Of a DNA stretch of 28,733 nt, positions 1 through 8,063 are shown piece after piece (the stretch's first letter is position 1; every line of letters begins with the position of its first letter). Both the position numbers and the translations under genes were made by a program. This DNA comes from a virus, in the IMG/VR virus record IMGVR_UViG_3300035136_000101; one strand, written 5' to 3'. Under the pieces are notes generated by a model, which saw nothing but the letters and a program-made list of their open reading frames with translations, did no database searches and was not told the origin of the DNA.

Positions 1-2
1 TT

Positions 3-371
3 GAAATTATAGATGAATCTACGATTGAATTTAAATCGCTTTGTAGAAGAGGTTTTTTTCGTAGGACGAGTAGACCAAAAGATTTAAATGTAGATAAAAA
101 GAATATTTCTGATAAAACATTTAAAGATGTTATTAAGAAATCAAAAATGGCAAGGCTTATTGCTGAAAAAGGTGTTACAATAGCTATGGATGTTCCTCCA
201 GTATCGAAAGTTAAAGTTGAATTAACTGAAGGTGAAATGGAGAATATTTCATTGGATGAAATGAGTGAAGAGAAGAAAGTTGATATAGGTGATTTTTTAG
301 ATGTTGACCAGGGTGAAGCGTTGCCGAATATTGAAATAAAAAAAGAAGAAAAAAAGAAGAAACGCCGTTAG
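3..371 (+). CDS. 5'-truncated hypothetical protein; its frame is open from the window edge and the C-terminus is acidic and Lys-rich
   Basis: The reading frame of tracked ORF 147..371 stays open upstream to position 3 with no stop. Translation begins EIIDESTIEFKSLCRRGFF... The gene is co-oriented with and ends 27 nt before the sheath gene. I recognise no family. Confidence 0.35.
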   Translation, partial: EIIDESTIEFKSLCRRGFFRRTSRPKDLNVDKKNISDKTFKDVIKKSKMARLIAEKGVTIAMDVPPVSKVKVELTEGEMENISLDEMSEEKKVDIGDFLDVDQGEALPNIEIKKEEKKKKRR

Positions 372-397
372 GTCGGCTTGGCAACATGGAGTAAAAA

Positions 398-3193
398 ATG
401 ACTGATTACACATATCCTGGGGTCTATATTCAAGAGGTTCCTAGTGGTCCTGGTCCGATTACTGGTGTTTCAACATCTAATTTGGGTCTTATTGGTTTTT
501 CTACCAAAGGTCCAGTTAATGAACCAATTATATCGACAAGTTTTCAGGAATTTTCGAACAGATTTGGAAGTTTTACAGAGAAGGGTTTATCTGCTCATGA
601 AGCGTTTGCTTTTTTCTCTAATGGTGGACAAGTTTTGTATTTTGTTAGGGTTGTGGCTAGTGATGCTGCAACAGCTTATTGGGATTTTGCTGCAACAGTA
701 TCAAGTGAAAATGTATCAAATACTGCTGAAGGAACAGGGATTTATGATTTGGAATTAGATCATTCTCCGGTTGTTCCTGCTACATTGACATTGACTTTTA
801 CAAATTCTGGTACACCAGCAAATCAAAACGTATTTGTTGCTGATGCTAGTGGTGTGTTAACGTTAGATACAACAGCATCGGGTGGTTCAGCTGATGGTGG
901 TACTGGTTCTGTTGATATGGAAACAGGGGAGATTCATGTAGAATTGACTACACCTGGTCAATTTACAGGAAGTACTGATTATATTGTAGCTGAATATAAT
1001 TATACGATATTCAGGTTTAGAATGGCATGGCCAGGATTGGCTGGGAATTATTTTAGAGTAAGGATAATTCCAGGAAGTGATGATTATCTTGTTCAGGCTG
1101 AAGCTAGGTGGACAAGATTTACAGTAATCGTTGAAGAAGATGTAAATTATGATGCAACAAATCGTTCATGGTCAATTGTTGAGACATGGGCAGATCTTGT
1201 ATTTGATGATTCAGAGGATCCAAATTTTGTTGCTACAGTAATAAATGCTGATGGTGCTGGGTCTGATTATATCGAAGTAGTTGATTATGGAAACGGAATG
1301 AATCCTGCAGCGCTTGCAGGAACACAAATTACGTCTGAGGATATTTCTGATACTCAATTACCACAAGGCAGCACTTCTACTCCTCCTGTTGCATATGACG
1401 GAACAACAAAGGCTTGGGAATATACATTGGCAAATGCTCCATTTCAGAAGACTTTGAATATGGATTTTCAGATGGCTGATGGCTTAGTATCTTTTACTGG
1501 TGCAGCCACAGCGGATAATGTAGTTCTTACAGATTCTGGAGCAAATTTTACTGGTGGTGGGGCAGCAGATAATTTAGCTGGTAAGATTGTTGTAAATATA
1601 TCAAAGGGAGCATCTGCAGTAATAACTGCAAATGATGCAACGACAATAACAGGTGTATTAACAGGTGGGGCTGTAACATGGTTAACAGGTGATTTGTATG
1701 CTGTTATTGAGGCATCAACAAAGATAGGAACAGGAACCGCTCAAGCAAGTGGTCAAGAATCTGTAATATCACCTGGTAATACATCAAATCCTGTTCAGAT
1801 TGTTCCTGGTTCAGTTGTGATGGAATTGACTCTTACTGGACCTACAACTGTTCATGTTATAGATGATGGATCTGGTAATTTATGGGATGGTTCTGGTGGG
1901 TCGTTGGCAACAATTGATTATACAACTGGTCAGATTACAGGTATAAGTCCTACAACTGATGATCTTATTACGATACAGAGTGTTACAGCATGGGCAAGTG
2001 ACACAGTTGCTGTTGGTAGCGAAATTAAATTTGGTTGTATATATGCAGTTCCAATTGCATTGGAGGATGATGCGGATGGGAATATGGTAATGTCAGATAC
2101 CCAAGCAACTGGGTATCCTGCTAAGTTTTCGCTTAATCTTGTTTCTGGTGTAAATACTGTTAATTATACAACTGGTGTTGTTGATTTAACATGGAAAATT
2201 GAGGGTAATCCAGTTGCAGGTCCAGCAGGAGTATATTCTGAAACAGCAGATTATTATACAAATCCAGATGATGAGATAGCAACGGTATTAACAGGAGGGT
2301 CTGATGGTTCTTCTGTTTCTAGTGATGATGTTGTAGGTGCAGATTTGGCAGTTGACCAGGAAGGCATATATGCTTTTGGAAAAGTAAATGCCTTGATGCA
2401 ACTTGTAGCTGCTGATTTTCAGACAGATACAAATGTTGCTGATGCACTTATTACATATGCTGAATTGGTGAAGGATAAATTTGTTATTTTGACGGTTCCT
2501 CATGGTCTTAGTTATCAAGAGGCTGTTAATTGGAAGAAATTTCAACTTAATAAATATACTTCATATGCTGCTTTGTATTATCCGCATATCAAGATTAAGG
2601 ACCCTGTGAGTGGAGTAAATCAGGATATTCCTGTTGGTGGACATGTAGCTGGGGTTTACGCAAGGACTGATACTATAAGAAATGTTGGTGAAGCTCCTGC
2701 TGGTACCGAAAAAGGTGTTTTGAATTGGTCAACTGGTCTTGAAGTTGAGTTGACTGATACACAGGTTGGTATTATATATCCAGAAAAGATAAATGCTTTA
2801 GTAGCATGGGCTAATACTGGACGTGTTGTATGGGGTGCTAGAACATTAGATATTTCTGGAGGTGAATGGCCATATATTCAGATGCGTAGGCTTTTCATGT
2901 TTGTTGAAAAATCAGTGTTTAATAGTACTCATTTGCATGTATTTAAAAATAATGGTTCTTCATTATGGAGTGCAATAAGAACTCAGGTCGTTTCTTTCTT
3001 GTTAGGTTTGCACCAATCAGGATATTTTGCTGGAAATAGTCCAGATGAGTCATTCTTTGTGATTTGTGACCGGTCAAATAATCCTCAGAATACAGTGGAC
3101 CAAGGTATCGTGTTTTGTGATGTAGGGATTGCACCTAATAAGCCAGCGGAATTCATAGTGTTCAGATTTCAGCAAAAGGCACTCACTAGTTAA
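398..3193 (+). CDS. contractile tail sheath protein, unusually long at 931 aa
   Basis: The N-terminus has the sheath signature Y-x-PGVYIQEV. The C-terminal ~200 aa (…VWGARTLDISGGEWPYIQMRRLFMFVEKSV…KPAEFIVFRFQQK) matches the conserved sheath C-terminal domain. A GGAG sits 6 nt upstream of the ATG. Confidence 0.9.
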   Translation: MTDYTYPGVYIQEVPSGPGPITGVSTSNLGLIGFSTKGPVNEPIISTSFQEFSNRFGSFTEKGLSAHEAFAFFSNGGQVLYFVRVVASDAATAYWDFAATVSSENVSNTAEGTGIYDLELDHSPVVPATLTLTFTNSGTPANQNVFVADASGVLTLDTTASGGSADGGTGSVDMETGEIHVELTTPGQFTGSTDYIVAEYNYTIFRFRMAWPGLAGNYFRVRIIPGSDDYLVQAEARWTRFTVIVEEDVNYDATNRSWSIVETWADLVFDDSEDPNFVATVINADGAGSDYIEVVDYGNGMNPAALAGTQITSEDISDTQLPQGSTSTPPVAYDGTTKAWEYTLANAPFQKTLNMDFQMADGLVSFTGAATADNVVLTDSGANFTGGGAADNLAGKIVVNISKGASAVITANDATTITGVLTGGAVTWLTGDLYAVIEASTKIGTGTAQASGQESVISPGNTSNPVQIVPGSVVMELTLTGPTTVHVIDDGSGNLWDGSGGSLATIDYTTGQITGISPTTDDLITIQSVTAWASDTVAVGSEIKFGCIYAVPIALEDDADGNMVMSDTQATGYPAKFSLNLVSGVNTVNYTTGVVDLTWKIEGNPVAGPAGVYSETADYYTNPDDEIATVLTGGSDGSSVSSDDVVGADLAVDQEGIYAFGKVNALMQLVAADFQTDTNVADALITYAELVKDKFVILTVPHGLSYQEAVNWKKFQLNKYTSYAALYYPHIKIKDPVSGVNQDIPVGGHVAGVYARTDTIRNVGEAPAGTEKGVLNWSTGLEVELTDTQVGIIYPEKINALVAWANTGRVVWGARTLDISGGEWPYIQMRRLFMFVEKSVFNSTHLHVFKNNGSSLWSAIRTQVVSFLLGLHQSGYFAGNSPDESFFVICDRSNNPQNTVDQGIVFCDVGIAPNKPAEFIVFRFQQKALTS

Positions 3194-3205
3194 TAGGGGT
3201 TTAAA

Positions 3206-3934
3206 ATGGCTCTAATAAAGGTAATTCCAAATGTGCTCATTCATGAGTTTTTGACTGGAGCTTCTTTATCAGGTGTTGCTCCAGTCAATGTAGAATATTC
3301 ATTTGATTATGATAATGAAGCTAGTGGACCATTTGTAGTTGGTGACGCATTGTCTTGGACTGGTGGAACAGGTCTTTTAGCAGATTTAGTAGATAATGGT
3401 ACTACGGGAAGTATGACTATTGTATTGATAAGTGGAGTTGTACCAACTGATGGTTTGACTATTACAGGGGCACCGTCTGGTGCTACTTGTGATGTTGATG
3501 GTGTTGTAACATTAGTGGGTGATTGTGATTCTAATGAGACTATAAAGAGAGGGCGTTATAGAAGATATTGTAATTTGGCAGATGGTGGATTGATAGATAT
3601 TGAAGAATCTGTTGCAATAAATGGTTTCAGAGTAAAAGATGTTTTGATTAGTGCACCTGGTATTACTGCGGTTATTTTTTATGTTGTTGATAGGGATTCG
3701 AATGCTGTATGTGCTGGTAGTGCAACTGTTACAACAGGGAATGGTTTTAATGAATGGATAGAACCTGGTTTACTTGTTGCTCCAGGATGTAAATTTAAAG
3801 TAGTTGGCACAGGTACATTAACTGATGCTGGAAGAATAATGTTTATTCTTGATAATGGATGGGGAGCAAGTGTATTTGATTTTGCACCATCGATAGGCAG
3901 GGAAAGTCGGCCTCCTGGTATGGATAGGCCATAA
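3206..3934 (+). CDS. hypothetical Gly/Val/Thr-rich protein between the sheath and tube genes
   Basis: A complete 242-aa ORF with an AGGGG RBS, sitting 12 nt after the sheath stop. I recognise no family. Confidence 0.4.
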   Translation: MALIKVIPNVLIHEFLTGASLSGVAPVNVEYSFDYDNEASGPFVVGDALSWTGGTGLLADLVDNGTTGSMTIVLISGVVPTDGLTITGAPSGATCDVDGVVTLVGDCDSNETIKRGRYRRYCNLADGGLIDIEESVAINGFRVKDVLISAPGITAVIFYVVDRDSNAVCAGSATVTTGNGFNEWIEPGLLVAPGCKFKVVGTGTLTDAGRIMFILDNGWGASVFDFAPSIGRESRPPGMDRP

Positions 3935-3946
3935 GGAGTTAATGAA

Positions 3947-4474
3947 ATGCGAGCAGCAAATACAGATTTCATGCAAGGTTTTAGATATCATGTTGTGGCA
4001 AATAATGGGGAGGGCGATCCACTTCAACCATCAGTTCAATCTGATCGTGATGGTCATGATACAAATGGTCAAGCTGGTTTTCAATCGGTTACAATTCCAG
4101 AAATTTCGGTGGAAGCAGCTGAATATAGAGAAGGTATTTTTAAATGGACAGAAAAATTTCCTGGTCCACCTACTGTATCAGAATTGACTATGATGAGAGG
4201 TATTACAAAGCGTGATACTACATTTTATGATATGGTAATGGCATCTGTTGAAGGTGCGGAATATCGAGCAGATGTAATAATATATCATTATCAGAGATCT
4301 GAGATGGATTTAGCTACATCAGCTACAGTTGGTGATGATATTCGTAGGATTGAGTGTGGAGAATGTTTTGCTATTCGTGCTAAACCAAATGGAGATTTGG
4401 ATTCTACGGCTGGAGATGTTTCTTTAGGTGAAGTAGATCTTGCAGTGGAAAAATTTGAAGTAAAATATTCTTAA
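3947..4474 (+). CDS. tail tube protein of the T4 gp19 / Afp1-like family
   Basis: The motifs FRYHVV…EISVEAAEYREGIFKWTEKFPGPPTVSELTMMRGITKRDTTFYDMV and C-terminal VEKFEVKY fit the gp19-type tube consensus (EYREGG…K.PG…LKRG). An AAGGAG RBS is present. Confidence 0.8.
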   Translation: MRAANTDFMQGFRYHVVANNGEGDPLQPSVQSDRDGHDTNGQAGFQSVTIPEISVEAAEYREGIFKWTEKFPGPPTVSELTMMRGITKRDTTFYDMVMASVEGAEYRADVIIYHYQRSEMDLATSATVGDDIRRIECGECFAIRAKPNGDLDSTAGDVSLGEVDLAVEKFEVKYS

Positions 4475-4495
4475 TATTTTTATGAAGGTGCATAA

Positions 4496-5053
4496 ATGGC
4501 AAGAAATCGTTTATTGGATTTTATGCAAACTCATAAATTTTGGCTATTCGATGTAGTTCCAAGTTTGTCTCCTCCTTTTTGGGTTTTAGGGACACCTTTT
4601 TTAGGTTTTTCAAGTATTACAGCACCACAATACACCGCTGAAGTTGATAATATAAAACAGATTAATTCTATGTTTCGGAAATATGCTTATTCTGGAGGAC
4701 AAGTTGATCCAATAGTATTGACAAGAGGTGTTCGTGGATTTGATGATACTATGTGGGAATGGATGTATAGAGCAATAACTGGTTTAGAGGTTACAAATAG
4801 ACATTTGTTATTGCTTCATTTTACGAATATTAGATTGTCTGATAGTCCTTTTCCAAATGTGGCTGAAGGATTTCAATTTCCGATGACTGCTGGAATTTTT
4901 CTTCCTGGTAAAGCATGGCTTCTTTGGAATTCTATTCCAATACGGTATAAAGCTGGATCAGATTTTGATGGTAAAAGTGGTGAAGTTAGTTTGGCTGAAT
5001 TAGAGGTTCAGCCAGAAGCTATAACAGAATTTACATTGTTAGATCCTGTATGA
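4496..5053 (+). CDS. second tail tube paralog (Afp5-like or tube-initiator-like)
   Basis: HKFWLFDV…FSSITAPQYTAEVDNIKQINSMFRKYAYSGGQVDPIVLTRGVRGFDDTMWEWM parallels the tube-family blocks. The C-terminus SLAELEVQPEAITEF resembles the tube C-terminus. The gene sits immediately after the first tube gene. Confidence 0.6.
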   Translation: MARNRLLDFMQTHKFWLFDVVPSLSPPFWVLGTPFLGFSSITAPQYTAEVDNIKQINSMFRKYAYSGGQVDPIVLTRGVRGFDDTMWEWMYRAITGLEVTNRHLLLLHFTNIRLSDSPFPNVAEGFQFPMTAGIFLPGKAWLLWNSIPIRYKAGSDFDGKSGEVSLAELEVQPEAITEFTLLDPV

Positions 5054-5066
5054 TAATTTATAGATA

Positions 5067-5546
5067 ATGGAATTTCAATATACTTCAACAATGACGAGAA
5101 GAGAACTTGCTGTAAAACTAATGAATGTTTTACGTGAAGGGTTCAATAAAAGATTCACAAAGAGAGCTTTTATTTCTCCTGTTCCAAGATCTTTTCCTGG
5201 TGGTCATGTAATGGTTATGTTGTCTCCGTTATATAATAAAAAAGGTGAAAATGTTGGTGAAATAAGGATTTATATCTATGTTTCAGAAGATGAAAATATA
5301 CCAATTCTTATAAGATCAGAATGGACAAGAAATGCATTTGGTTTTTGGTATAGATACGATAATAGATTATTTGATAAAGATAATGTAATAGTTGATTTGT
5401 ATTCAAAAATAAGAGACATTTCAAAATGGTTTTCTGTTACAGCAGATGGGACGGTTAAGGTTTTGTCAATGAATCGTATGTTTAGAAAAATAAAGAAAAC
5501 ATCTGCTCGTGACAAAGCAGTCAGAGTTGGAATGGTAATGGGATAA
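5067..5546 (+). CDS. hypothetical protein (159 aa)
   Basis: A complete ORF in the co-oriented tail operon. I recognise no family. Confidence 0.4.
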   Translation: MEFQYTSTMTRRELAVKLMNVLREGFNKRFTKRAFISPVPRSFPGGHVMVMLSPLYNKKGENVGEIRIYIYVSEDENIPILIRSEWTRNAFGFWYRYDNRLFDKDNVIVDLYSKIRDISKWFSVTADGTVKVLSMNRMFRKIKKTSARDKAVRVGMVMG

Positions 5547-5558
5547 GGAATTGGTAAA

Positions 5559-5882
5559 ATGAGGAATAGATTATCTGATTTTATTATTGATAAGCCGGTT
5601 AAAGAGGAACATGTATTATCTTACAAAGGTAAACGTCTTTTTAGGGCATTAAAATCCTTGGGAGAACGTTCCATTAAAGGACGTGATGTTGATAAATATA
5701 TTTTTGAAGTTGTATATAAAAATGGTGTAGAAACATTAAGAATGCTTATCGAAGGTAGACATGCTTTATCTATTAGTAATCAGATAGCAAAAGGACTTTC
5801 AAATATGGACGAACTCGAGTTCGTTGATGTTGTGAAAACAAAAAATGGTGCGAAGATTGTACTTCGTTCTATTGGAGAGTAG
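5559..5882 (+). CDS. hypothetical protein (107 aa); it contains one copy of the CGAACTCGAGTTCG palindrome in its coding sequence
   Basis: A complete ORF with a GGAATTGG RBS. The palindrome encodes DELEFVD. Confidence 0.4.
   Translation: MRNRLSDFIIDKPVKEEHVLSYKGKRLFRALKSLGERSIKGRDVDKYIFEVVYKNGVETLRMLIEGRHALSISNQIAKGLSNMDELEFVDVVKTKNGAKIVLRSIGE
5809..5824. repeat. palindrome ACGAACTCGAGTTCGT (copy 1 of the CGAACTCGAGTTCG motif), inside a CDS
   Basis: Read directly from the sequence. It is a perfect 16-bp palindrome. Confidence 0.9.
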
Positions 5883-5891
5883 GAGAGTAAA

Positions 5892-6302
5892 ATGGGAAAA
5901 TTAAAGATATATTCTGATAGTATAGATGAGTTACTGGTTAATAGGGTTGATGCTGATGTAATGAGTGAATCATCTGAGTTAGGTAATGATGATGAAAAGA
6001 TTGATGAGGCTTGGAAGATTGAAGACTATATGTTTAATTTCGTTTCGGTAAAAGCTTTGGTTGCGTTGTCATTGTCGATAGTAAAGCGAATGAAAGGCAG
6101 TGCTCTTTCTAAATTTCAAGGAAAATTATCTGATATTGATAATGAGATGGAAAAAGAAATAGACAGAATGGATAGCAAAAAAGAGATGGAATTTAATAAA
6201 TTATATATGAAAAAGATAAAAGGTGTTAAGGCTAAAATATTAGAAGAATTTGGTGGCGATTTTTTGAAAGAAATTGAAGAAGATAAAAGGGAAAAAGAAT
6301 GA
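5892..6302 (+). CDS. acidic coiled-coil protein, putative tail assembly chaperone (gpG-like)
   Basis: A 136-aa highly acidic protein with a strong AGGAGAG RBS. It lies between the tube and tape-measure genes, where G/GT chaperones are found. It ends in an A-run (GGGAAAAAG) and overlaps the next ORF, which is in the -1 frame. Confidence 0.4.
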   Translation: MGKLKIYSDSIDELLVNRVDADVMSESSELGNDDEKIDEAWKIEDYMFNFVSVKALVALSLSIVKRMKGSALSKFQGKLSDIDNEMEKEIDRMDSKKEMEFNKLYMKKIKGVKAKILEEFGGDFLKEIEEDKREKE

Positions 6303-6598
6303 CAATATCTTCTGGTAATATTGCTGGTGTGATAAAACCTATTGGAATGTTAAAATTACCGTGGTGTCCATGTAGTGGTAGAATTTGTAAAATTGAAGAA
6401 ATTCCAGTTAATAAAAAGAAGAAGAGAAAGATTAGTGTGTATGAGATATTGAATATTGATGGTCATACTATGCTTGAAGAAGCAAGAGAAAAACGTCATA
6501 TTGTGAACGGTAAACGTGGAATATGGCGCACAATAAGAGGAAGGCATTATTTTTTTCCGGATGATAAATCAGGTGTTATTCCTCCAATTAAGGGTTAA
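6299..6598 (+). CDS. basic protein; possible T-extension of a G/GT-like chaperone, or an independent small protein
   Basis: A 99-aa Lys/Arg-rich ORF in the -1 frame relative to 5892..6302, with an ATGA overlap. Its frame is open only from 6287, inside the A-run. Confidence 0.35.
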   Translation: MTISSGNIAGVIKPIGMLKLPWCPCSGRICKIEEIPVNKKKKRKISVYEILNIDGHTMLEEAREKRHIVNGKRGIWRTIRGRHYFFPDDKSGVIPPIKG

Positions 6599-6600
6599 TA

Positions 6601-6810
6601 ATGGTTATTATGAAGGATATTATAGAGTCTAGTGGTTCAGAAATGATGGAGGGTATTTCATATGGTGCTGCTGAGAAGTTAGCAGATAATATGATAAAAA
6701 ATCCTAGAAGTGTAGCTATGTTGGATAGATATGGTGTTGAGGCATCTGAGGATATTACTAGATTGAAAGATGCTCTAGTTAAATTTCTAATAAATTATTT
6801 TAAGAGATAA
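6601..6810 (+). CDS. hypothetical small protein (69 aa)
   Basis: A complete ORF in the operon. An alternative ATG lies at 6610. Confidence 0.3.
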   Translation: MVIMKDIIESSGSEMMEGISYGAAEKLADNMIKNPRSVAMLDRYGVEASEDITRLKDALVKFLINYFKR

Positions 6811-6822
6811 TAAAAAAATTGA

Positions 6823-6838
6823 TGTTTCACGTGAAACA
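6823..6838. promoter_or_regulatory. 16-bp perfect palindrome TGTTTCACGTGAAACA, a candidate operator
   Basis: Read directly from the sequence. It is perfectly self-complementary and lies 7 nt upstream of the 6845 ATG, abutting its AGAGAGG RBS. Confidence 0.4.
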
Positions 6839-6844
6839 GAGAGG

Positions 6845-7144
6845 ATGTGTAAGATGTGTAAAAAGAAGACTGTAAATGTTGTGAATTCTGATGATTTGAG
6901 GAAGAAAGTTTCTGATGTTGAGATATTTGGTAATCCAGATACTTTTCAGTTAATTTGTAAGGCAAGTTCCAAAAATGAAGGATGGATGAAGTCAACAAAG
7001 GCTATGGAGATTCCCGGAAGAGGATGTATAATACAAGTTTCTACACAGCAAGGTGATAATGTTGCAGAAGCTATTTGTTTTGTTCCGGATGTTGTTATTT
7101 TAGTTGATGATGAAAGTGGAAATAAAAAGATAGTAAAAGGATAA
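6845..7144 (+). CDS. hypothetical protein (99 aa, N-terminus MCKMCKKK)
   Basis: A complete ORF with an RBS. It is the last plus-strand gene before the inverted regulatory insert. Confidence 0.35.
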   Translation: MCKMCKKKTVNVVNSDDLRKKVSDVEIFGNPDTFQLICKASSKNEGWMKSTKAMEIPGRGCIIQVSTQQGDNVAEAICFVPDVVILVDDESGNKKIVKG

Positions 7145-7154
7145 TAATTGTGTT

Positions 7155-7505
7155 TTATGTCAAACACTTATTGATCCATTCAGTAATGAGAGCATCATAG
7201 ATTTCACAGACATCGCATGGTTTAGTAAGAATATGTATATTGGGCATATCATATTTGAGTGTATAGTTTGCTGTATATATTACGAATGGTATTGTTGAAT
7301 GTTGAACTATTTTTAGTCCGTCTGATTTGTTTGGGCAATCCCAATCACTAAGGATTATGTCAAAATTTCCGTCTTGAAGAGCTATTAGTCCATCATCACA
7401 GGAATGTTTTATTGTTATACTTTTCCAAGTATTTTTCATTACTCTGGAAAGCATACGGGTAATTTGTTCATCATCATCGATGATTAGTAAATTCAGGTTT
7501 TTCAT
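7155..7505 (-). CDS. stand-alone response regulator receiver (CheY-like REC) domain protein
   Basis: LLIIDDDEQI…DIILSDWDCPNKSDGL…FVIYTAN…ILTKP carries all the conserved REC residues: the acidic DD pair, the phospho-acceptor Asp, Thr and Lys. It is 116 aa with no output domain. Confidence 0.75.
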   Translation of the reverse strand: MKNLNLLIIDDDEQITRMLSRVMKNTWKSITIKHSCDDGLIALQDGNFDIILSDWDCPNKSDGLKIVQHSTIPFVIYTANYTLKYDMPNIHILTKPCDVCEIYDALITEWINKCLT

Positions 7506-7512
7506 TGTTTTT

Positions 7513-7722
7513 TTACCATACGGCTATTTGTTTTTTGCATGAATCACAAGGTTCAGTGTTTGATTTGGAGAGATGTGAATTCATAATAAAAATAGCAGTT
7601 CCTTCTTTTTCTAGTTGTTTAGCACATTCTATACAATAGAGATAACCTCTGTTGTCGACTATTCCTGTAATTGTATTATTTGGGTCATTTTTTTGATAGA
7701 TATAAATTTCTGAGGCTTTCAT
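7513..7722 (-). CDS. small Cys4 zinc-ribbon protein
   Basis: 69 aa with C-x2-C…(25)…C-x2-C (CIECAKQ…CDSCKK). It lies 7 nt upstream of the REC gene on the same strand, with an AAAGGAA RBS. Confidence 0.5.
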   Translation of the reverse strand: MKASEIYIYQKNDPNNTITGIVDNRGYLYCIECAKQLEKEGTAIFIMNSHLSKSNTEPCDSCKKQIAVW

Positions 7723-7738
7723 TAGTTTGTTCCTTTCT

Positions 7739-7755
7739 GTCGAAATCTTATCGAC
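7739..7755. promoter_or_regulatory. inverted repeat GTCGA-n7-TCGAC in the 5' leader of the minus-strand operon
   Basis: Read directly from the sequence. It lies between the predicted minus-strand -10 element and the RBS of the zinc-ribbon gene. Confidence 0.3.
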
Positions 7756-7766
7756 TATCTATATGA

Positions 7767-7794
7767 ATATTAACATTATGATAAAGTTTGTCAA
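7767..7794 (-). promoter_or_regulatory. sigma70-like promoter for the zinc-ribbon/REC operon
   Basis: The minus strand reads TTGACA, then a 16-nt spacer, then an extended -10 TGtTAATAT. Confidence 0.5.
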
Positions 7795-7821
7795 TTTTTT
7801 TGATAAAAAAATGCAAAAGTG

Positions 7822-7851
7822 TTGATAATAATAGCAGAAAAGTGGTATTAT
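7822..7851 (+). promoter_or_regulatory. sigma70-like promoter for the RHH gene and the downstream operon
   Basis: TTGATA (7822-7827), an 18-nt spacer, TATTAT (7846-7851), followed by an AGGAAGG RBS and the ATG at 7884. Confidence 0.4.
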
Positions 7852-7883
7852 TTACTCAAGTAGTGTTTTAGGAAGGTTGTTAT

Positions 7884-8063
7884 ATGCCAAGGTTGAATGT
7901 TGAAATAAAAAGTGGTGTATATAAGAGGTTTCTTGATCAATGTAAGGAGGATGGTAGAAGTGCTAGTGATGTTGTTAGAGAGTTGATTTTAGATTATGTG
8001 GAGAGAAGAGTTAGGGAAAAATTTAGGATTGCTAAAATAGAGAAAGAAGTTACAGATGAATGA
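7884..8063 (+). CDS. ribbon-helix-helix (CopG/Arc/ParD-like) DNA-binding protein, 59 aa, not in the ORF track
   Basis: ATG at 7884 is preceded by AGGAAGG. MPRLNVEIKSGVYKRFLDQCKEDGRSASDVVRELILDYVERR fits an RHH beta-strand plus two helices. The stop at 8061-8063 overlaps the next gene's ATG at 8056. Confidence 0.6.
   Translation: MPRLNVEIKSGVYKRFLDQCKEDGRSASDVVRELILDYVERRVREKFRIAKIEKEVTDE

Noticed and set aside
444-758. A 104-aa alternative-frame ORF inside the sheath gene.
   Set aside because: It is entirely nested within the strongly supported sheath CDS. The Leu/Val-rich translation is typical of an out-of-frame reading of an AT-rich gene.
2288-3134. Two minus-strand ORFs (85 and 63 aa) antisense to the sheath gene.
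   Set aside because: Short and antisense to a high-confidence CDS, with no RBS or promoter context. They are low-complexity frame artefacts.
3679-4187. Minus-strand ORFs 3679..3972 and 3818..4027, and plus-strand ORF 3942..4187 overlapping the tube gene start.
   Set aside because: They overlap the well-supported 242-aa and tube CDSs in other frames. The tube gene at 3947 has a proper RBS and family signature.
7150-7167. Hairpin GTGTTT-tatgtc-AAACAC between the convergent genes 6845..7144 and 7155..7505, as a bidirectional terminator.
   Set aside because: The stem is only 6 bp and AT-rich, it overlaps the REC gene stop codon, and there is no clean U-tract. The support is too weak for a terminator call.
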